A stretch of 64,000 bases of DNA from assembly GCA_963924565.1 (NCBI GenBank), contig OZ004607.1:30194001-30258000 (forward strand), read 5' to 3'. Shown here in pieces: positions 1 to 11,200 of the stretch. How positions within the stretch are numbered: position 1 is the stretch's first letter; every line of letters starts with the position of its first letter. The notes below the pieces were generated by a model that did no database searches, had not been told where the DNA came from, and was given only the letters and a program-made list of their open reading frames with translations. The position numbers and the translations under genes were made by a program. The stretch comes from Ascidiella aspersa (taxonomy: Eukaryota).

Positions 1-387
1 GGGGAAAAATGTTTAATAAGTTATTGAAATCGGGATTGTTATGTTCTAACTATGCATCACACGCACATTTCAATATGGATTTTTAATATTTTCTTGTAGA
101 GCGGCAACTAAAAACAGCTCTAAAAAAATTGTTTTACAGAATTTTTTTTAATAACCATAATCTATATTTTGTTTATACCAAACCCAAAAACACAAAAATA
201 GAAAGACATGGGAATATTTCAATTGGCAAAAACGTTGAATAAAGAATAATTTAGTTTTATCACTCGGAAAAAGTACTCTCTCGACTAAATCTATGGTATG
301 GTTGAAAAATGAAGCCATGAAAGCTAAACCTCTGTCTCCAGGTGGCTACATATTACACAACATACATTAACCAAAAAAAAATATTAC

Positions 388-3300
388 CTTTGCTGCGTCG
401 GGCATGATGACGCCGTGGTTCTTGGCGCCCATGTTCGACTGGCAGCGCTTGCCGTTCTTTGTGGAGCGGTCGTAGATGTACTCGCCAGCCTGGTTTGACC
501 CCACGAAGGACACGGCCTTGATGTGCGGGTTGTCGCATACGAAGTTGACGGCTGTAAGGAAGCAAGCGGGAAAGGTTGGAACAGAGGATTTCTACAGGAG
601 TTTGGATCGGACTTCATGCGGGCCACCAGGCCGTATTACCGGTACCGATCCGATAATGCATTTTAATTAGGAATCCGTAATCAATTCAATGCATCGTTTC
701 TTTGCGTGAAAACATAACCGAAGGCAACTAAGTTTTATAGGGCTAAAGGAGATATCTTATTCTTTTTAATGAAGAGTAAAAACGTTTTGATATCACTACG
801 GTACCTATAATATTTTTTTTATATAAATTTACAGAAATCATAATTTTTTTAGTTGCCCACTCTCGTTTGCCAAGGGATAACCCAAACCCCAACATAATTC
901 ACCGGTTTTGTCACTTTAATGTTAAAACAAACTTGGAAAAAAACGACCAATTCGATAAGATAAGGTGTCGGTTAAGCATTCGGGTGTAAATGTATAAGTC
1001 AAATCTAATAAAACTCCGCCCGATTCCAAAATTACATCAGGTTCGGTTGAGGTATTTCGGCTTGCTGCTCTTATTGACCAAGGTATATTTGCTGACGGCT
1101 GTTTACGACTGTATCCGCGCCTTCCGCACACGTTTTTGCAGACCGGTGAGGGAGGCGTGCCGGCCAAACGTGCAGTCGCTGCGGCATTTGTGTTACGCAA
1201 TTCAAGGTTTATTATATTGCAAGACTGAATACGAACACCACAATTGATAATTGCGCTTAATAATCCAGTGGTGATACACAACAGAGCAGACGAATACTAA
1301 AGATTTTATCGGGCTTGTGTGGGCAAATCATTATTACAGTTGGGTAATTTCATTGCCTTTTAAAGACCTAAGATGGGGTGTCACTTGACAGTCATGTTTT
1401 TTTGAGTAAATTTTAAAACAAACCAGTAAAATGATATGTCCAAGACACCAAAACAAATAGTTTTAAAAATTTGTTTACTACAGCACTTAAAGAAACCTTT
1501 TGGCTGTACATAAAACAAATTTCAAAAACGATTCAAAGACCTAAAAAAACAGGGATTTTCAAATAATGTTTAATGGGCAAATCAATTTAAAGACTTAAAA
1601 CTTCAACGACGTTGAACGTTGTAACCCTGAAGAAATATTTTGGATCTATTCACCTATCAGAAAAGCACTATATATAAGTAGATTACATTATGTTTAAACC
1701 AGGAAGAGAGAGATCATTTAACAATATTTTGAAACTCTATATGTATATATCAGATTAAATATGTTTCTGTACATACAGATAAACCACATTCATACCATCA
1801 TGGGCTCCGTGAATAATATTCAAACTTCCGTCTGGGATTCCAGCATCTTGTGCAAGCTGAACAAGGAGCATAGTTGCACCTGGGTCACGTTCCGAAGGCT
1901 TCATGACGTAAGTGTTTCCGCAAACCATGGCCATGGGAAACATCTAAAAGTAATTTTTTTGCGGATTTGTATTATAGCTCATTTCAAAAGTAAAAAAGGG
2001 TTAAATTTTAAAGCAATAAGTAAAAAATATTTAAAAGTTATTAAACGAAGACCTACAATAAACGACCAATTCATAAGTAGCAGCATATGTTTGCCTCTTA
2101 TTCAGTGTATATAAATCACTGTTTTTGCTTAATTGACAATGCTTTTTTCTTTTATTCTATTAAATCAAAATCTATTACTTCCTGTCAAATTAGGACCTAT
2201 TACTTCCGTGGGACCGAAATGCCTTTGTCAGCAGGTCACGAACACAACAAAACAGAGATTTGCTCTCCTATAGGATATAAGAATATTCACACTAACCCAA
2301 AGAGGAATCATTGCTGGAAAATTAAAGGGGGTGATACCGGCACACACGCCAAGGGGATAGCGGAATGTCATTGTGTCCATATCTTTGGCTACCGAGGCCA
2401 TCGTTTCTCCAAGTTGCAGGGAGGTGATACTGCAACAATGCTCAACAACCTCTGTAAACAATAGAATCATGTGTTAGTTTAAGCCTAATGAATAACTGGT
2501 AAAGCAGGACAGCCATCTTTAAATTAGGTGGTTCTTTCAGACTAAAGCACAGTGCTTTTCGGTTGACAACGGATTGTGTCCCAAAGATCAAGTTAAAACA
2601 CATACTCCAATCAAGTCAACCATGTCTAAAAACAGTGCATCAATCATTTAAAGATAGTCAAAACAAAACTTATATATAATTGTGTCACTATTATGCGACA
2701 TTTATACCCAGATATTAGTTAGCCATCAAACGTTTGTAATATATTTTACTGTAAACACTACTTTTGTAGAACAGTCTACTTTTGATGAGATATAGTGTTG
2801 CGTGTGACAGGAAGCATGTGGTTGAGCAACCACATTTTATTGTGTGAATAACATACACCAACCTATTTCAGCAAACTCGCTTAGTACTTTAAAGTTTTAA
2901 AAACATAATAAAAAATAGCAAAATACACAACAAAAGAAAAAAAGCAGAAAATATATTTTTAATTAACTTGTATTTTTTGTTTTATATTTGTTGTGCTTTT
3001 TATAATTAGATGCCATCGTTTTTATTACATCTAAACAACTGGACTTTTAGTAAATAGTATTTAGATTAAACAAACTGCCGCTTAAAACAAATTGAATACA
3101 AATGAATCAAAATAGCTAGGATCATAAATTAAAAAGTTACAACTACTATTGATACCAATATTCTTATAAAGTGTATATTTCTGGTTGATAAAAAAACTTT
3201 AAATCTTTAAAAGACTCACGCAATCCACGTAGGACATCGCCTTCAGCATCAGCTAAAGTCTTTCCTTGTTCCTTTGTGATAAGGGCAGCCAGTTCTTTCT

Positions 3301-4505
3301 AAAAAATTAAACATAAATAAAACTTTATTATTTTAGTTGAACGCCCCCTTAATTATTTTATATAGTATTTTCACCAAATATATTAAATACTTATGAAACA
3401 TAAATACAATTAGCTATATCAATATAGACAGTTTAGAGCATTTGTGTGACTGATTAAACATAAACCTGGTTGTCCTTGATCAGTTGTTGATATTTAAACA
3501 TGATTTGCTGTCTGTGGAGAACAGAGGTGTCAGACCACGATTTAAAAGTTCTTTGAGCAGCATCTGCGGCCGCATTCATCTCAGCTTGTGTGGCTTCTGG
3601 AACTCGGGTGATGAGCTCATTTGTGGCCTGGGAATGATACATGCCATCAATTACATTGATTTTAGTGCAGATAAAACCAATTACTGCAATTACTACGAAA
3701 ATTAAGTTTGTATTAAATGCAACATATCAAACAAACATAGACCATCTTAAACTGGCCTAAACATTTCTCATATTATTAAAATGTAAACACATAAAAATTT
3801 AGTATTTAGTTTAGTCAACAGGTTAATTCCTATTGAATACTTTTTTTATGCAAGTAGAGGTACCAAGTGAACATATCAAATAAAATGATAAAACGAAACA
3901 ATTGCATAATTACAGGGTTGTGAAGGTCAATCCACTTGTCTGTTTTTGATTCTATAAACTTGCCATCGATGAACAGCTTTGTGGTCTGGATAAATCAAAA
4001 ATAGTTTTAATCACAATGCTACAAAACAAAATAATAAATATTTTATACAAACTTATGTATTGGAATTTTTATCAAATCATGTTCAACTGTATAAATTAAC
4101 AAAAAATAAAGTCGCAACAGATAAAATTAAAAAAAGTTTTAGAGCTATTGTATTGGATATTTCTTATCATTAACTTTAGGAAAAACAAATATAACAATAA
4201 AAACACATGCACAAAATAAAATAAACTGTCCTACAGCAACTGAAGCTTTTTGATGAAGGTTTAAAGAGCTTGACTGTAAAAGCTGAAAAAAGAAAATGCG
4301 TTGTTATTCAATTTGAAGTATATATACTTCACTGAATAAATTCAATTTGAATGTTCAGTTAACAGGTTGTTTATAGTTTAATGCTATATGTTAAGATAAG
4401 TAATAGTTCTAGGTTGTTGAAATACAAAGATAATAATTTATTTTAACAAATAGCCATTAACATCCAGAAAAAGTTTACCTTGGGAATAACTTTTAAACGC
4501 AGCAT
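388..4505 (-). CDS. ALDH6A1: Methylmalonate-semialdehyde dehydrogenase (acylating), mitochondrial; 5' eight coding exons, gene continues off the left edge
   Basis: Spliced exons at approx. 4479-4505 (MLRLKVIPK), 4235-4282, 3915-3986 ([24 protein letters not shown]), 3466-3627, 3220-3298 ([18 protein letters not shown]), 2297-2451 ([20 protein letters not shown]), 1796-1943 ([10 protein letters not shown]) and 388-551 ([15 protein letters not shown]...[16 protein letters not shown]). GT-AG boundaries. These motifs are diagnostic of MMSDH. Confidence 0.95.
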
Positions 4506-4539
4506 TGTTTGTTAGTTGTGTAATAGAGCTAGCTCTGAT

Positions 4540-5216
4540 AATATAATTAAAAAAATATTATGTTAACTAGATCCAGAGGTCCAAATATCAAATACAATCC
4601 TAAAATGTAAAAAGCACTGAAGTTAAAGATGCACAACTGCAATTAAATTTCAATCTATTCATGTCGGCCTGCTTGTCTCTATTTTCAAGACGAAGCCACC
4701 CAGACAAGTGATGTTTTTCTGGCAATTTTCTGTTTTAAACAAATCACACTAGGTCAGGAGACAGTTTAACTTTCCTTCTCAGTTCTGAAGTGAAATCTCT
4801 GCAATTTTGCAGTAAGTTATGTGACGTGCAAGATACGCACGAATGCACAAGCAACGCTCATTGGCTTGATTTTCTGCACACCCCACCTGTCCACAATTGA
4901 TCACCAGTCAAAAAGTTGTTTTCTTTAGTGCACAGAATTGACAATTTTTTTAAGTTACTGCTTCCCAACTAAACGAAAAATGACCAATGAAAAACGTATC
5001 CGTATGCACAGAGAACAAGATTTTGCGATTTCGGGTATTATCTGGCTGTTCCATTTCTTACAATGAGAAAATTTTCGTTTCGTAGTAGCTCCCAAGTGCT
5101 TTGTGACGTAATTAACGCAATTTTCAGACAGGAAAAACTTCATAATATGATTTACAGGGTAAAAGCAAGATAAATATCAGTTTACCTATTGGTTATAAAC
5201 AAAAAATAAGTCAAAA
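4540..5216. promoter_or_regulatory. Probable bidirectional promoter / 5' UTR region between ALDH6A1 and the CatSper1-like gene
   Basis: The two start codons (4505 minus, 5217 plus) face away from each other about 700 bp apart. CRE-like TGACGT sites occur at ~4822 and ~5104. Confidence 0.5.
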
Positions 5217-8200
5217 ATGGGAATAGTAAGTAAAGCAATCCACACCACTGGCAAGCGTTACAGGTAATATTCAATTTTAAAGCACAATATAAATTATTTT
5301 AATTCAACGGTGAAATTTGTCAAAGCTCAGCATCGATGGAAAACGGCTGGGCTCGATGCAGAAATCATCACCGAACTTGGTGGACCTTCGCAGCGTCGAC
5401 ATTCACCTAGGCGACATCAAAAAGATGCAAGAAGACTTTGAAAAGAACCATGTGTTTTTCGAACAAGCAAGCGAATTTCGAAAATGTAAGAAAACGTTCC
5501 TAATATTTTTTATTTTATTACAGTACCTCAATACCGGTAAAATATGACTGCGTTAGGTACATTTCAGCCTTTGCTAAACTAGTTGAGGTTCTGAAGCAAG
5601 TTGGTTAATTATGAGAATCGCTAATGTATTTTGCCTCGACCAATTACCTACTTCTTCATGGGGGAGATTGTACAAAATTGTTCTTTCAGCTAATGTCTTA
5701 TTCTGATTTAAATTCACTCAGTTTTCGTTGGCTCAAAACCAGCAAGCAAAGCAGCCAGCTACAACCGTTCTGTTTATTCACTACTAGACGAAATACCCGG
5801 CGTTGCCCAGGTTAAGTAGGGTATATACAGTAAGGCGTAGGTTTTGCCGGGCAATCTTAGTGGAAAGCCTGAACCCCTCGTCAAGGGCCACATGAAATTT
5901 TGTTTTTACCAAGGCAACGTACTTGACTTGATTTTAACGGTCACGCAGATTATTGCCTGATAAATGTTTAAAAACGTTTTATCCTTTTCGTCAAGAAGTG
6001 CGCGCGCCCCTTGGATCTGGCATGTAACCAAACTGCAATGCTGTGTGATGTTTTTGAAATGGTACAACTAAATATTCGACTATAGCGCACAACATTTGGC
6101 TAAGCATGTAATACATATTTTAAGTAACGAAAACCCGTGACATTTGTCAATTGAGAATAACTCCCAAACGTAAAACTTTAGGTTACAGCAGCAATTGCTT
6201 AGACTTGCTTGATAGCGTCATATTTAAGCAAATACGTAATCCCGGTGCTAAACTGCGTCAAACGTGAGAAAAATCCTCATTGAAAAACAAATGCTTACTG
6301 TTATTAACTGCTGCAATAAAGCTTTTTACGCGAACTCTGCAGTATTGCGTGGGTAAACACATTGCAAGAAGTCATTAGGCTTTGGTCTCAATCACTATCG
6401 CTAACAAACGGCTTAAAAATAAAAATTCAATTCTTCGTAAATTTGCGAACTCTACCTAAATTTTACGCGGTAACAGGCATCAATAAGTTCCTAAACATAA
6501 TAGTCTTAGTTGGAAACATTAAAATTTTACTTTACTAAGGAAATATACTTAGTTTTATTTTTTATTTCCCGGCAGGTAATTGCGCTTGAAAAAAAGTTTT
6601 ACTTGAATATACCTATATTAAATTAACTAACGCTGGGATACCTGCTTAAATACCATCTTGGTAATTAAATTAACTAACGCTGGGAATCTGGGTTACATGC
6701 TTAAATACAATCTTGGTAAGTGATAAAGCTCATTGTAAATCGCATTGAGTGTGACGTAACATTTCCATTGTGATGCAACACAAATATATTGTAAATTCAA
6801 AGTCAGCATTACTACAGTTTTCCACCAGTGAGGTTTAAACACACGACCCCTCGTTCACGGGACCAGTTTCTACATGTTACATCACAATGTTACGTCACAC
6901 TCAATGCGATTTATAAAATGTTACAATGTGATTTGTCACTTACCAAGATTGTGTTTAAGCACGTATCCCAGGCCCCAGCGTTAGTCAATTTAATATAGGT
7001 ATATTTAGAAATTTTTGTGTTAGGCAGAGTTTAAGTAAAAGATATGTCCTAGCAATTACCTGCCGGGAAATAAAAAACAAAACTAAGTACATTTTCTTCA
7101 TAAAGTAAAATTTTAATGTTTCCAACTACAACTATTATGTTTAGGAACTTATTGATGCCTGTTATCGCGTAAAGTTTAGGAAGAGTTCGCAAATTTTCGA
7201 AGAAATGAATTTTCATTTTTAAGCCGTTTGTTAGCGATAGTGATTGAGACCAAAGCCTAATGACTTCTTACAATGTGTTTACCCACGCAATACTTAGCAG
7301 AGTTTGCGAAATATTGCGTTTATTGCAGTAGTTAACAGTAAGCATTTGTTTTTTCAATGAGGATTTTTCTCACGTTTGACGCAGTTTAGCACCGGGATTA
7401 CGTATTTGCTTAAACATGACACTATCAAGCAAGTCTAAGCAATTGCTGCTGCAACCTAAAGTTTTACGTTTGGGAGTTATTCTCAATTGACAAATGCCAC
7501 GGGTTTTCGTTACTTAAAAGATGTATTGCATGCTTAGCCAAGTGTTGTGCGCTATAGTTAACCGACTTCACATCACATGATTTGAAATTTCTATTTAGTG
7601 ACACACTCAGTTCAAACGTTTAGGCATCAGCAAATTTGTTATGACATTTAAAAAAATATGTTTGCATTATTTATGTCTTTTACGAAGATTTTACGAATAA
7701 CCGGTAAATATTCTATTTAACCTGGGCAACGGCGGGGATTTCGTCTAGTATTATAATAACTTGCATCACAGACTGGGCGAACATGTTGCCACACACACAC
7801 ACACAGTGTTTTTCACAGTGTTACCGAAACGGCCCACCAAATTTCTCCAGCGGTTTCCCAAATTTTGGACTTGCAACTTTTTGGTATTTAAAAGAAACAC
7901 TTGCGGTCTCTTAAAACTACTTAGCGGTCACCCAAACCAAACCTTAAAAAAAGACCTGCACACACACATCTCACAAACTTTCTCTTTTATTATGTAAATT
8001 ACCTACTTCTTCATGGGGGAGATTGTAGAAAATTGTTCTTTCAGCTAATGTCTTATTCTGATATAAATTCACTCGGTTTTCGTTGGCTTAAAGCCAGCAA
8101 GCAAAGCAGCCAGCTACAACCGTTCTGTTTATTCACTAGACATGACTGGTATATATTCATATAACGCTTTCGCTTATACAAGTCAGAATTTGCATGAACA

Positions 8201-11200
8201 ACAAAAGGGCGACACGAAAAAGCAAAAGGTTTTAGGACGCTGAAAGTCGCGCCACAGCAACACATCAGAAAATACGCGATACAATTAATTCCAAATTATC
8301 CACTAATTATTTCTTATGACACTACATGACAAATGTCACTAAAAAACGAAATTTGGAATAAATGTATCAAAATACAAACACTAATACAATGACCTTACTA
8401 TTAATGGAATGTCAACTTGGCTTTTGGCTTGGTCCAATTTCGAGTTTTAAAGGTGACAAACATTGTTTACATTTCACCCATTTCTTGTACCGGTATCATG
8501 TCTTCAAGTTTTTTTACAGCCTCATCTCTTTCACAACGAAGCTGTTCTTTTTCGCTCTCCAACTTTTCATTTTCCAGGTTTAATCTTTTGACAGTATTCT
8601 CCGCGACAAATCTTGCATTTTCAGACTCATTTAACTGGTCTTTCAATCGCTTGTAAATTTCATCCAAATCGTCTTCAACAATTTTGAGTCTGCGTAACAA
8701 GGATTCATTTTGTTGTTCAAGAAGCTCTCTTTCGTGCTTTTCTGATTTAAGTTCCGCTCTTGCGTCTGCTAACTCAGTTTCTTTTTCGTCAATATTTTCC
8801 TTGAGCAAAGCAAGTTTGTTTCGAATGGTATTCATTTTAATAGCAGTATTTAGAGCTTGGAAAAATTTCACAATGGTATAAGACACAGAATTAAATTTAA
8901 ACTAAATTAATGAATAGAAATAAAATGATATTCTTACTTTCATAACACAGCAATAATCCGCATGTATGTTTTACTATACTACACAGCATTCTAACTTGTG
9001 ATGAAGCCATTTTTGGGTGCAAAAAGCATTTTTAACAAACTATGTAATCCAAGTTAATAAATGTTTTGTTCTAAGCTTAATCTGTGCTAAGATTAAAACT
9101 TAAGGATAGACTAAAATATATAAGTGATGTTTTTCAAATTTAATTTCTTTTAACAACTGAATTGCACCACAATATTGCCTGAAAATTGGTATACAGTTTG
9201 TTTTACAGACACGTTTTATTAAATTAACGGGTCTCAATAACCTGATTATCACATAATTTTTCAACTTACAAAAAATTCATAAAATATGCTGTTGCTGCCA
9301 GGTATAGTGTATACTAAAAATAAATTCTTCCAGTAATTATTTATTTTATCCAATGTTTTGGATACCTATCCAGGATAATAACTAACATAGCAATGTTAGT
9401 TCTTGTGTAAATCTGTTTTTGGTCATATGGTGCTGTAGCAGGTTGGACTTTGAAACTATTATTGGGCACTTCCTGGCTATTCAATCGAAACAGCCTGATG
9501 GTGCCTTAACGCGTGCTGCGTTTATTATTCAGAGTTTCCTGAACTGAAATTCAAGCGCACAAAACTTTTAAAACAATTTGGACATTACACAAAATTGTTT
9601 CATGCACAACAAATTAAATATTTTTGATATATGCATGATTTGCAAATTCGAAACATTTAAATGGTTTAAGAAAAACTCGCATAAACAATTTACAACCTTT
9701 CGTTCGGTATTTTTACTTATTTATTTTGAAGTATTTTTAAAAGTATAAGAGATTTTCACCAGATAAACTAGGCAGAATCAGTATTGTGCAATCTATGATT
9801 CCGGGCGGTGGTTTCTTTAGCTTTACTGATGCTATGCATCGTCTTTTGACGTATCGTTCGATAAGATTAATTCTTCCAAAAGCTGGCTTCTTGCAGGCTC
9901 CAAACATGATAGTTTTCAGGGTACGTTCGACGACTTTTCTTTTCCATAAGAATTGCGGGAAAATAGAGTTCTTCCTCATCTCGGGTGGCGCCATTTAAAG
10001 CAAGTTGGTTAATTATGAGAATCGCTAATGTATTTTGCCTCGACCAATTACCTACTTCTTCATGGGGGAGATTGTACAAAATTGTTCTTTCAGCTAATGT
10101 CTTATTCTGATATAAATTCACTCGGTTTTCGTTGGCTTAAAGCCAGCAAGCAAAGCAGCCAGCTACAACCGTTTTGTTTATTCACTAGACATGACTGGTA
10201 TCGCTCAAGGGTGCCGAGAGATAATTAGAATCCTTAAGAATCTAATTTTTTCTCAACTCTTACAACTTTTGTGTAAGATTAGAGTGAAATAAATCCAATT
10301 ATAACTTCCTACGCTGTGTAGAGCAGACGTGTGTTGCTCCAGTTTCGTTTATTGTGATACTGCGTGCGGGAAAAAACTTGTAGGGTGCCGCAATATATTT
10401 ATTATTCCTGAGGGGTGCCTCAAGCCACAAAAGGTTAAGAACCACTGTCTTACCCTCAGGCATGCACAGACTCATCGAATCGCGGTTTTTCACAACCGTG
10501 ATTCTGGTCGTGATCCTGCTGAACACACTTATGCTGGTCTTGTCCACCTGGCGCCAACTTGAGATCCGCTTCGACTACTACTTCGCGTTGATCGACGGCG
10601 TTTTCATGGCCATCTACGTCACCGAGTGTGTGCTCAAGATTTACGTGTGGCGCACGCACTACTTTCATCAGGGCTGGGACATTCTCGGTAAGACGCGAGA
10701 TGCAGTAGTGGTATGCTGTGGGTAAATGCGAAACGAGAAGTTTTTTTTTCTAATTTGTTATTAAACTTTTTCCTACCCATTTAGGCCTACTCAGTTCGTT
10801 GTATTTTTCAATTCGGATTTATAACAAAGGTTAAACATTCTTGGAAGATTTGACCTATAACACCCTCATTCAGTTGACTCGGTTAAAAGTTAAAACCCAC
10901 TCGGATTTACTACGGTATACTTTTTCAAATCGGTATACTTTTTCAAGGTTTTGAGCCAGTAACTGCCAATTTTGTTGAATGACATTATATTAGGGCTGCC
11001 GAGTCGTTTTAAAACAACCCGAGTCCGACCAAAAAATACACCCGAGTCCCGAGTCCGACTCCGGCCAAATGTAAGATTTTGTCGATTCCCGAGTCCAGAT
11101 CTGACTCTACAGCCTGTATTTTACCCATTTACGTAACTAAAATAAAGTGGACATTCAGCAATCCACTCATATTGGTGTTATAATTCATCCATCCGCATTA

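Noticed and set aside
922-1281. 119-aa and 85-aa ORFs inside an ALDH6A1 intron
   Set aside because: No recognisable motifs. This is probably a repeat-derived, CpG-rich intronic segment.
9975-9997. TGGCGCC primer-binding site of an LTR retrotransposon (minus strand)
   Set aside because: Only 7 nt match a tRNA-Lys-type PBS. No polypurine tract, TSD, gag or pol was found, so it is kept only as a weak hint within the repeat finding.
9737-9998. Overlapping 70-85 aa ORFs (MAPPEMRK.., MQSMIPGG..) in the cargo segment
   Set aside because: No recognisable family or splice structure, so they cannot be supported as genes.
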